This document shows, piece after piece, positions 28,901 to 40,010 of a stretch of 64,000 nt of DNA. Made by a program: the position numbers and the translations under genes. The DNA lies in contig NW_018407983.1 of NCBI RefSeq assembly GCF_002113885.1, positions 1-64,000 of the forward strand, written 5' to 3'. Position 1 is the stretch's first letter, and each line of letters starts with the position of its first letter. The notes below the pieces were generated by a model, which was not told the origin of the DNA, did no database searches, and saw only the letters and a list, made by a program, of their open reading frames with translations. This stretch comes from Mizuhopecten yessoensis (lineage: Eukaryota).

Positions 28901-31900
28901 ATCACAACCAGTAAGTGTTTTTATGTGACGTTTAGATGACTAGTACGATACGTACCCTACCACCTTCATAGGACAAATGACCAGTGAAGCGTATGTACAC
29001 AAAGGTGTAAAATATGTACGAGTTGGCAATATCAAATCAAAGTCAATTTGGATATGCAGAGAGTTAAGTCTGCACCAAACTACTTTCTACAAATGATATT
29101 TAAGTATGGTTTTCAAATGGTTAATAGTTTGGAGGATTTCAGAATTCCCTGTTGGTTTTATGTCTTTCAATATAGCAAAAAATCAACCCTCACTTTACAT
29201 AGTTATTAAACAGTATGTGCTTTAGTGCAATACACCACTTTGGTTTTCTTTAAAATACTTAGCAATCAAAGTACAGATTTGAATTCTGCAAGCAGTTTCT
29301 TTGCAGTGAAAGTAAAAGAATATCCCTGACACTCAATGTGTATGTGCAAATAACTTACTTTGGGTATCTGTTGTAACTCAGCTCTGTTCTTTTCTAAAAA
29401 AAAATATAAAAAATATTTATTAAATGTATTTGTTTGCATGCACAGGACACCAATGAAGTTAAAATCGAGATCTTCGTTATAAAACAAAACATGCATACTT
29501 TTTGTGTAACAAACAATACTAACTAAAACACAGTACAACTCTGTACAGTAGCATTATGATGATCTATTAATAACGGAAGGCACGAGTTTCTTCAGATATA
29601 TCTACAAAACTATTAAAGCAAATACATAGATTTGTTAATTGACAATGTATATTACAGATGAATATATAGAGGATATCTAATAGTGTCTTCATTACCATGG
29701 CAGGTAATGGATCTGATTATTCTTGGCAGTAAAATGAACTTATGTCTCAGACGGATTTTCTTGAGGCCTGCACATCATTAAGCTAACCAGGCTATGACCA
29801 TATGGACCACTTATAATTTTTCTCATGGTAGTTTGTAATCAGTGTCTTGATTGGTCAAATCAGTAAAAGCAATATTCTTTCATTAGTAAATTATCACTTT
29901 TCTAGAATACCGGGTAAGTAATTTTCGATATTTCACTGGTAAAAATGTAATAAAGACATGTATTTTAATCAGATTGATAAGTAACTGTGTTCTGGCTGTT
30001 GTGTTGACTTACCAAGCTGCTGTAAGAAGGTTTCCCCACCAGGAGACTCTTGAAGGAACTGAGTATATTTATGGACATGCTTCTTGTATCTCTGTAAAAT
30101 AAAGTGATCCGAATTCAGATCCTTGACTCAATTTCCTGTTGTAATATTGCCATTAATAAAAGTTTGCAACATATCTTTTCGATTTGCTTCTGCTGTTACT
30201 TTATGTATGGTGATGTATATCGTATCATCACGTTAATGTATCGTTGCAGCCATTAAGGGACCTACACATACAAAGATGGACAGAACGCACACACGGGTGA
30301 TGGTACCTTTGACATTTGGTTATAGATACAGTGTGCCAAATATGAATCACACCACATCATAGAGCTAACAAATAAGATCACCATCAAAGCAAAAGTTGTC
30401 AGTGTGATGTTAATGCGACCCGTTTACTTGACACAGGACACAGACACTAGGATGCCTTATAAGCAAGATTTAACAGTCAAAGTAAGCCTTTTTTACTGCC
30501 TCTGTAAATGTTCGACAAACTGTCACTTCTAAGTTATTTTAGATTATCTTCCCAAAGAAAAGTCTGAATATATTGATGCAGATTGACACATATAATCAGT
30601 TTGCTAGCACATCTGATGAAGAAGCACACTGTTACTCTTCAAATTCAAAATTCTTGGAATTAATATTGTATATTTGACAGCAGTTTTGTCTATGTATCTT
30701 TTTGCTAAGTTAGTTCGGCAATCATCAAGTTCGACTTTAGAGTTATAAACTTAAGTGAGTCAGCTAGTGCAGCGACAGTAATTACCCAATAAATAGGGCT
30801 GGAGGTTGTTACTCATCTTTGATAATAGGACTGGAGGTTGCTACTCACCTTTGATAATAGGATTGGAGGTTGCTACTCACCTTTGATAATAGGACTGGAG
30901 GTTGTTACTCACCTTTGATAATAGGACTGGAGCTAGGTTGCTACTCACCGTTGATACCAGGACTGGAGGTTGTTACTCACCTTTGATAATAGGACTGGAG
31001 GTTGCTACTCACCTTTGATAATAGGACTGGAGATTGTTACTCACCGTTGATGATAGGACTGGAGGTTGTCACTCACCTTTGATAATAGGACTGGAGGTTG
31101 CTACTCACCTTTGATAATAGGACTAGAGATTGTAACTCACCGTTGATAATAGGACTGGAGGTTGCTACTCACCTTTGATAATAGGACTGGAGGTTGTTAC
31201 TCACCGTTGATAATAGGACTGGAGATTGTTACTCACCTTTGATACTCTATGTCTATACTTCTGAAAATGCTCTCTTGAAATGTGAACCAAATATGGCGAA
31301 GGTGGAACCTCTGTTCTTTCATAAAAATCTTGACCCCAAGTTTTTGTGAAAAAGTCATATTCCCGCTTTGAACGCAGAGGATCATTAAGTGCCGCTGGAA
31401 GGTTCACAGAAGATTTGTATATTGTCCATTTGTGTTGATCTTGGACCACACTTGGTTCCTCTTTTTTGTGATTATCAGACACATGTAATGCCATCACTCC
31501 AGCACTGTCCTTTTGACCTGCAGTAGAAAATAAAGAATAATTTTTAAAACATCAGATAAAGATATATAATGTATCTTTTATAGTATACATGTACATTTCT
31601 CATACTTAATGCTTGAATGTTATAGCTAAATTTTACTCATTAAGATACAATTTCTATAACTACAAATGGCTTAACATAGGATTGTAAACATCAAATTTTA
31701 CTAGCAATAGACTGGAATACTATTCAACGTTTTTCAAACGCTCATTTTTGGAAAGATGTACGTATATACAAATGCAAGGAATCCAATTATCAATATCCCA
31801 GGGATAATCCTAGAGGGGGCCATTGACCCCTCAAAACTGAAATTGACCCCTCCATGTTCCAATTTTCTTTTTAATTTTACATAGAATGGCTCCTCTTACT

Positions 31901-32686
31901 TTTGATATTGACTGAAAATTGCTGAAATGATCCACTGCTCTCAAATTTAAGGATTTCCCCTGATATCCCTCATGGCTGTTAATTCCTCATTAAACATTCC
32001 GGAATTTTTTTTTGATGTTGATTCTACTGCTATTTTGAGGAATAAGTTCATGATAAGGTACTAATGACAGCCTTGCATATACAATGTAGCAAATGTCTTT
32101 GGCCTTTGATATGGAGCAAGATTACTTCAATACGTCTCTCTGACTTAATACATGTGCAACACGACAAGGAAAATGAACAGGTGTAATTTTCGATTTGACC
32201 CTCAAAGTCCATACCATGTGTATATTATATGTATATAATACACCAGAAGTGGTATGCAAATTATTGGAAGAAGAAATTGTGGAATGTCTAAGATTTCTAA
32301 CATAACGTGGGTTATGTTTTACTACTAACTTGTCGGGTATGAGAATTACACAACCAACAGCTACATGATGTTGACTTCGGTTATCTGATTTGTTACGTAC
32401 CTATACCACGTTGTTGATGGGAAAGGACATGGTCCCTAGCTATGTGGTTTTCATAGTCCATGTCACTCACCCCCTCTAACGGCAGGGAGGGACATACATT
32501 ATTCAGTCCATACCTGCAAACAAAAGAACCACCCTCTTTTGAACAGTGAAAATCTCTTAAATGACTCGTGAAATCCGCAGCTGATTTGAAAGGAAGTTGA
32601 CACAATAAACACTTTCTCCGTGGCCTGGCCCCGTGTCCCTCACCGGTTATGTTCGGATTTGAGATCGCATAATTTATGGTGGCCAT
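25985..32686 (-). CDS. VPS54: VPS54 (GARP complex subunit), N-terminal ~356 codons only. Exons: 32686-32401, 31517-31237, 30091-30013, 29393-29359, 28616-28470, 27333-27191, 26081-25985; apparently truncated
   Basis: WTIYKSSVNLPAALNDP...KREYDFFTKTWG, ELQQIPK|LFLLPNFEL...TFNAVFPW, SSKLLQEK|LSHYLDIVEVHIAKQISTKSDAFFQAM match the VPS54 N-terminal region. Exon 1 encodes a Cys/His zinc-finger-like extension. All splice phases are consistent. Confidence 0.88.
26688..26880. mobile_element. Helitron/Helentron-derived non-autonomous (HINE-like) fragment
   Basis: TTATTATACCCCCGCAACGAAG...GGGGGGTATACTGGAATC followed by a GTCT/GTCC microsatellite, the usual layout of such elements. Confidence 0.55.
27026..27211 (-). 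repeat. 37-bp tandem repeat (5 copies) of the VPS54 exon-6 end plus GTATGT donor
   Basis: Unit GCCTATACATACCTCAGTCGTTTAATTGTCTGGGCTT; the right-most copy is the real exon/intron junction. Confidence 0.92.
30792..31243 (-). repeat. 32-bp tandem repeat (about 14 copies) of the VPS54 exon-2 end plus GTGAGT donor
   Basis: Unit AATAGGACTGGAGGTTGTTACTCACCTTTGAT; the right-most copy is the real junction at 31237/31236. Confidence 0.92.
31799..31962. mobile_element. MITE with CAGGG...CCCTG ends and a 6-bp TSD (ATATCC) in VPS54 intron 1
   Basis: ATATCC on both flanks; homologous to 14177-14348. Confidence 0.75.
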
Positions 32687-32846
32687 AACGGCTTTAGATA
32701 CGATTACATTGCTGCTTCTACTGTTAATTCAAAAGTTTATGAATGCTGTAGGGGATCTGTGTTGCTAATAAGCATTGATAAAATTGTATGACTAGTAAAG
32801 TATCACTGCTATCTCCGAAATGAAGTTTGTACCCCTTTTCATCTGT

Positions 32847-32875
32847 CGCCATAATACATTTCTACGTACTTCCGG
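32847..32875 (-). promoter_or_regulatory. Housekeeping-type promoter motifs of VPS54: ETS (CCGGAAGT, 32875-32868) and YY1-like ATGGCG (32852-32847)
   Basis: Motifs lie 160-190 nt upstream of the VPS54 ATG. Confidence 0.5.
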
Positions 32876-33180
32876 TTTGTATAATTTGACGGCTAAGGGT
32901 TCCGCTGACTGGCAAAATGTTCCGGATATATTAAGTAAGACGACTGGTCGTGATTAGTTTTAAACTGCTACATACTGATGATAAGAGCATCCAGTTATGA
33001 TAGAATTAATGAATATATTCTGTTCTTCTTTTCTTCCTTCAAAATAAACTTTAAAGCATAATTGTGTTAACACCCACGAGTTACCTCCCGTTAAACGGTC
33101 ATCATGGTTTTCACATTTTAAAATAATGTCATGGGTACACTGAAGTTTCATACTAATAATCACACGAATGAAAACGCAAA

Positions 33181-33285
33181 CTAATTAAAATCATATCTTC
33201 ACATCGCTCCCGTTTATTGATATGTCAACGCGAGCCGACATATCAGTAAACGGGAACGATGTGAAGGGTTATAATTCTATATTAG
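33181..33285. mobile_element. Small palindromic MITE-like hairpin
   Basis: CTTCACATCGCTCCCGTTTATTGATATGTC / GACATATCAGTAAACGGGAACGATGTGAAG inverted arms, outer CTAAT...ATTAG. Confidence 0.75.
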
Positions 33286-34294
33286 ATTAATGAAAACGTT
33301 GCCGTTTATTTTTAATGCATTATTTTGAAATATCATTTCGTGTGACTAAGACCATTCAGACAAAAGAGTTCGTGCAGTTTCCAAAAGTATATTTCAAAAT
33401 TTGTTAGCGGGTTTTTATGGGATTTGCCAGAGGCCACTGGTAATTATATCAACAATAATTACCTCCAGACAACCAGTTATTGTTTAAATAATTACATTGT
33501 GCTGTATTTGCAAGTACAATTCTGGATATGTTTATCAATAAGAAAAACAAAATCGATGTAGTAAAAGCCATGAAATCTATATAGATGATGGAGCTCCGAG
33601 CGCAAAGCTATTTATAAGGGACAACTCGTACTTTTTTTGCATTTCGAAAGTTCCGGATTAGTGAAACCAACTTAAGTCTATGGGAAAAACAAAATATCCA
33701 TGCGATTTCCCGATTGTCCCAGCTACACAGCGACAACAAAATATAAAGTCTAAGGATTTTACGTTATGTGTTAATAAAATTCTTGCGGAAAATAGAAATA
33801 AAGATCAAAATGCAAGTGTACTTTCAAGCTTAGTTCAATCAAAAACATTCACAATTTTATACCCGCCCACTGAAGTGTATCTTTCAATCAATCAAGGTGG
33901 CGCCATTTTTCACAGCTAATCAGTTTCTCTCAAATCTGATTACAATCTAGAGCATGCGCATACATATGACTTGTCGGGAAGGAAGGCAGACATTTTGAAA
34001 AGATTGGAACAGTTGAAATTTGAAAGAAGAAAAAACAACAATATATAGTGTAAGAAGAGGAATAAAAGGTATAGCATAGGAAAAATCTTAACCAAGGTTT
34101 TCTCCAAATCGTTCGTAAAAAAATTCCCAACAATATCATGGATAGATATCAGCTCTTTGTTTTTAATTTCAGAACGGTTTTGAGTAATACATTTTCAAAG
34201 GTAAATTTAGAAGAAAACCGGCTAACCTAAGGGAATCATACCAAAAGAGAAACATTCAGCATGCGGTATCGTATACATGCATATATACACTTTA

Positions 34295-35437
34295 AACTGT
34301 TTCCGTGCGGTTTCACAAGATTTGTATCCCGTCAATATCCAACATCTCCGATTACATTGGGGTTCCACTCCAATGGCGGTCGTCTGCTACAATAGGGATG
34401 CGCGTCTTGTGACCAGACTGTACTGGAACAGTTCAGATCTCACGATATGTACTGTCTTGTCCGAGTTCCACTATTTAAGTTTGTTTCATGGGTCTGCATT
34501 TTATTTATGTAATTGAAATTTAAACAGCGCTGTCGACTCATTTTCAGAAGCGTTTCTGTTTGAAACGAGCATGGAGTAAATTGACATAAATAGATGTTTT
34601 TTGATTTCACCCTTGGAACATCAAATCTATACACATCTGCTTGAATAGTTTCCGGAAGTATATTAGATATAAATGTCCGTGAATAAATTTAGTATTTATT
34701 TTTCTTGAATGTATGCTCTTATTTGGGACCAAACTGTTTCCCTGCGGTTTCACAAGATTTGTATCCCGTCAATATCCAACATGTCCGATTACATTGGGTC
34801 TCCACTCCAATGGCGGTCGTCTGCTACAATAGGGATGCGCGTCTTGTGAACAGACTTTACTGGAACAGTTCTGGTTCCACTCTCAGCTGATGTATTATCT
34901 CTTCAGTGTTCCACTGACTTCATTGATGACAGAACGGTTCTCGACATCTGTAAGTTTAGCTCAAACACTTTACACACTTCGTTTGAAACCAACATCGTGT
35001 AAATTGACAACAGGAAATGTATTTCACTTTATCGCAGGGCGTCAAACCAATAAAGATTTTCTTCATTGAACTGTTTCCGTGCGGTTTCACACGATTTTTA
35101 TCCCGTCAATATCCAACATGTCCGATTACATTTGGTCTCCACTCCAATGACGGTCGTCTGCTACAATAGGGATGCTTGTTTTGTGACCAGACTGTATTGG
35201 AACAGTTTCACTCTCATCATGGGTATTATCTCGTCCGAGTATTTCAACGTTGTCGACATATGTCAAAGAGCAATGGCTCCACACACTCCGTTGCAAACCA
35301 ACATAGCGGAAGTTATTTTGTATTTTATTGCAGGGTGTCAAATCGATAAAGATATTTTATTCATATTTGTTGTTTGTAAATGTAATCTGTAAACTGTTTC
35401 CGTGCGGTTACACAAGGTTTGTATCCCGTCAATATCC
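34295..35437 (+). repeat. Repeat-spacer array of structured 139-nt repeats (34295-34433, 34732-34870, 35069-35207, truncated 35392-35437); candidate ncRNA or recombination-site array
   Basis: Three repeats of identical length and >90% identity with self-complementary ends, separated by diverged spacers of 298, 198 and 184 nt. Confidence 0.9.
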
Positions 35438-35989
35438 TTTTTAATATGTATGTTGTCGGAGATTCTCATGGATTCAAGGGAGTGAAAATTGAAAGACTGC
35501 AGTAGTGCTTAGACGATAGACAATGGTGAGTGATCGTTTAAGTGATTTAGCAATACACACCAATTTTTATTTTATTGAATAAATCAACCCTGCGTGTATG
35601 GGCCAATATATCATGTCATGCAGAGCGAATGCAACATTGTAAAAAAAGTACAAAAGGGGTATAACCCCCACCCCACCCCCACTCCCGAGTTTAACTTTTT
35701 AGCTTAAAATAAAAAATAAAAAAAAATTGAAACCAGTGTAGTTAAATGTTATTTAGTGCTATGAAAATAATTAATATTAGTATAAGAAAGATGTATCTGA
35801 CCTAGATATAAACAATTTACGTGTGTTTCAGGCAGTGAGTGAGCCATGTGACACATTTATTTGCCAGTAAGGAAGTTACATAAGTATAACCACAGACACT
35901 TGGATTTAGCCAATAGAAAGTAAGTGAAAAAAGGAAGCTCCGGAATATAACCCGCCTCTATACGTTTAATTAACCGTTTTACATAACGT

Positions 35990-38900
35990 TCGTAAGTCAA
36001 TGTCAACACATCATCCGAAAGTCAGTGTTTACACATTGTCCGGTTGTCACGTACGTCTACAAATTGTTTGTAAGTTATTCTCAACACATCGTCCGTCTGT
36101 CACTATCAGCACATAATCCGTTTGTCACTGTTTATACATCGTCCGTCTGTCACTCTCAACACATTGTCCGTCAGTCAATGTCTACACATCTTCCGACTGT
36201 CACTTCAGCGCATCGTCCGTCTGTCACTCACAACACATTGTCCGTCAGTCAATGTATACACATATTCCGTCTATCACTCTCAACACATCGTCCGTCTGTC
36301 ACTCTCAACACATCGTCCGTCTGTCACTGTCTTACCATTCTTCGACAGTCACTGTCGGTGAGTCATTGTGCACACATTGTCCGCCTGTCACTTTAAGACA
36401 TCGTCCATTTGTGATTGACAACATATCGTTCTGTGGTAACTGTTCACTGTTAAAAAATCATATGTCAGTCACTGTCACCACATCGTCCGTCAGTCCAAGT
36501 TAACAAACCATCCGTCAATCACTTAACTTATCGTCTGTCAGTCACATTCAAGACAACGTTCGAAAGTCACTGTCCACTCATTGTCCGCCTGTCACTGTCT
36601 AGTCTCTATCTACTCCTTTTCCGTTTGTTAGTGTCTATTTATCGTCCGTCTGTCACTGTTTAACAAACATCTGGTGCCTGTCACTTCCAGCTCATCGTTC
36701 AAATGCCACTGTTTACTCATCGTCCGTCAATCACCGTCAACAAATCGTCCGAAAATAAATGTCTACACTCCGCCTTTCAGTCATTCTCAACACATCGTCC
36801 GAAAGTCAATGTCTAACATCTCCCGATAGTTACTGTCAACATATCGTCTGCCTGTCACTAAAACACATCATCCGACAGTCACTGTCAGCTCATTGTCTGT
36901 AAGTTACTCTCAACACATCTTCAGTCTGTCACGATCAACACATCTTCCGACATCCACTGTATACTCATTGTCCGTCAGTCACCGTCAACAAATCGTCCGA
37001 AAGTTACTGTCTATACATCGTCCGTCCGTCACTGTTTTATACATCGTCTGTCAGTCGCTGTCTCAGCATCGCCCGTCAGTCATTGTAGATACATATGGTC
37101 CGTCTGTCAATGTCAAATTGTCAACACATTATCCGACAGTCACTGTCTTCATTTTGTCCGTCTGTCACTTTCAACATATCGTCTGTCTGACACTGTCAAC
37201 TCATTGTCTGAAAGTTATTCTCAACACATTGTCCGTCTGTAACTGTCAACACATCGTGCGACAGCTATTGTCAACATATGGTCCATCAGTCACAGTCAAA
37301 ACAACGTTCGAAAGTCACTGTCTACTCATTGTCAGCCTGTCACTGTCTAAACATCCGTCAGTCACTGTTTCAAACATCGTCCGACAGACACTGTCTCAAC
37401 ATACGCCCGACAGTCACTGTCTAAACGTCGACCGCAAGTCATTGTCTCATCTGTCGATACACATTGTCCGTCTGTCGCTGTCAAGTTGTCAGCACCTTAT
37501 CCGACAGTCACTGTCAACTCATCGCCCGTCTGTCACTGTCAACTCAATGTCTTACAGTTACTCTCAACACATTGTTCGTCAGTCACTGTCTAAACATCTG
37601 GTGTCTGTAACTTCCAGCTCATCGTCTGTCTTTGACTGTCTAAACATCGTTCAAACGCCACTGTTTTCTCATCGTCCGTCAGTTACTGTCAACACATCGT
37701 CCGTCTGTTACGGATTACAAATCGCCCCTGAGTCAATATATGTGCATTGTGTGGTAGTCGTTAATCACACATCGTCCGAAAGTCAATGTCATCCCATCAC
37801 CCAACATTAACGGTAAATACATCGTCCATCAGTCAATCTTAACATAACGGCTGTCTGTTACTGTCTATACATGTACACCGTCCGTTTGTCATTGTCTACA
37901 CATCGTAAGTCAGTAAATGTCAACAAATCGTTTGTAAGTCACCGTCTAAACATCGATCGCCAGTCATTGTCTCAACATTGTCCGACAGAAACTGTCAACA
38001 CATCATCCGACAGGCACTGTCTTCATTTTATCCGTCTGTCACTGTCAACATATAGTCCGTCTGACGCTGTCAACTCATTGTCTGTAAGTTACTCTCAACA
38101 CACCTTCCGTCTGTAACTACCAACATATCGTCCGTCAATCACCGTCTCAACATCGTCCGTCAGACACTGTCTACTCATTGTTTGTCTGTCACTGTCAACA
38201 TAAGCCGGACAGTCACTGTCTGCACATCGTCCGTCAGTCAATGTCTGCACATTGTGTAGCAGTAGCTAACTTCACATCGCCCGACAGTCACTGTCTTTAC
38301 ATCGTCCGTTTGTCACTGTTAACGCATCAACCGACAGTCACTGTCAAGACATCGTCCGTTCGTCACTGTCAACTCATCGCCTGTCAGTCACTGTCAACAC
38401 ATCGTCTGTCTGTCACGGTCCACAAATAGCCAATGTATGAGTCAAGCTATGTACATTGTGTGGCAGTCCTAGCTACACATCGTCCGAAGGTCAATGTCTT
38501 GCCATCGCTGTCGCATTCACTGTCTCAACATTGTCCGTCTGTCACTGTCAACACATCATCCGACAGTCACTGTCAAGACATCGTCTGTTTGTCACTGTCA
38601 GCTCATCGCCTGTCAGTCACAGTCAACACCTCGTCCGTCTGTCACGGTCTACAAACCGCCAATGTATGAGTCAAGCTATGTACATTGTGTGGCGGTCGCT
38701 AACTACACATCGTCGGAAGGTCAATGTCTTGCCATCACCCAACATTAACTGTCAATACATCGTCCATCAGTCAATCTAACATATCGTATGTCTGTTACTG
38801 TCTACACACCGTTCGTTTGTCATTTTCTACACATCGTAGTCACTGTCTACTCATTGTCTGTCATTGTCAACACATCATCCGACAGTCACTGTCTACACAT

Positions 38901-39170
38901 CGTCCAAAGGTCATTGTTAACACATCGTCAGTCAGACACTGTCTACACATCGTCCGTCTGTCACTGTCAACACATCGTCTGACAGCACCTGCTTACACAT
39001 CGTCCGTCTGTCATTATCACACTGTTTACACACCGTTCGTCTGTCAGTATCAGCACATCTTCCGTTTGTCACTGTTTACACATCGTCCGTTTGTCGCTTT
39101 CAACAAACACATCTTCCGTAAGTCACTGTCAACAAATTGTCAATCTGTCACTGTCAACATATCGTCGTTA
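35990..39170. repeat. Degenerate 25-bp satellite (GTCACTGTCAACACATCGTCCGTCT), block 1
   Basis: About 3.2 kb of tandem variants; source of the many Ser/Thr/His/Val-rich pseudo-ORFs. Confidence 0.95.
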
Positions 39171-39586
39171 TATTGATATAATAAATTCACATTATCTTAT
39201 TTTATTTTACCTGTATCATCATGTATCTACTTGTGGAAACCCGTTTATTACGCGTAGCACTGTTAAAGCACTTGTGGATTCATCAAACGACTGGTGGAAA
39301 CTGTATGTTTATGATAAAACCATTATGTTAAATAGTGGTATCTCATTGCAATCGCCTGTGGTAACCGTGGAATTCAACTTCAATTTGAAACAACTTATGC
39401 TTTTTGTAAAAATAATCGATTCCAATATAAAATCAAAAACTGATAAAACTCGTCTCGTTCTAATAATCCGTTATTTATGTGTCTTATACTGCTGCAACAG
39501 AAACAACAACTTGAAAGTAGAATGACATTTTACATTTATTTTATTACGTTCCCTGACATAGCATTGTTGATAGATATTCAGTTAAT

Positions 39587-40010
39587 GGTCTAGGTGGTGG
39601 AGTGAATAGCGCAGTCGCCTTTCACCAAGGCGGTCGGTGTTCGAGCTTAAGAAAATCGGAATAATGATATCATAATTATAATCGATCTACCATACAATTA
39701 TGATAGTATGATAGGATAGTCGGGTGGCACAGAGGATAGCGCGCTCGGACGTGAAAAAGGATAGTGTCGCCTGCCAAACTTTCAAACTTTTTTTATTTAT
39801 CTCAACACCTTTGAATTACAATGATATACAGAGATATATAAATACAAAGATTTTATGTACAGTAATTAGCCTGTCCGACCATGTGGGGTTTTCCGGATAC
39901 TCCGGTTTGCTCCCTCGCTAAGACCTACCGCGCGCTACCATCGGGGCCATTAATATTGACTAATATTAGTTGATATAATATTCTTTCATACTTGTTGTAA
40001 AATAATTTTT
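39587..40010 (+). mobile_element. Interrupted tRNA-derived SINE with V-like core (duplicate at ~52172-52595)
   Basis: A/B-box-like head (GGTGGAGTGAATAGCG...GTTCGAGC), core GTGGGGTTTTCCGGATACTCCGGTTTGCTCCC, tail TTGTTGTAAAATAA. Confidence 0.65.

Noticed and set aside
33410-33580. GTPase-like words LWDLP and NKID
   Set aside because: They are in different frames and no P-loop was found; could be chance.
34277-35392. Protein-coding reading of the 139-nt repeats (CFRAVSQDLYPVNIQH...)
   Set aside because: Differences between copies are mostly non-synonymous, there are no splice sites at the boundaries, and conservation tracks base-pairing.
34295-35437. Bona fide CRISPR array, or hammerhead/HDV retrozyme, or H/ACA snoRNA
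   Set aside because: Repeats and spacers are far longer than CRISPR units and no cas genes are present. A hammerhead-like TGATGA..GAAAC occurs in only one unit (minus strand, ~35205-35221). The terminal ACA is base-paired and there is no two-hairpin layout.
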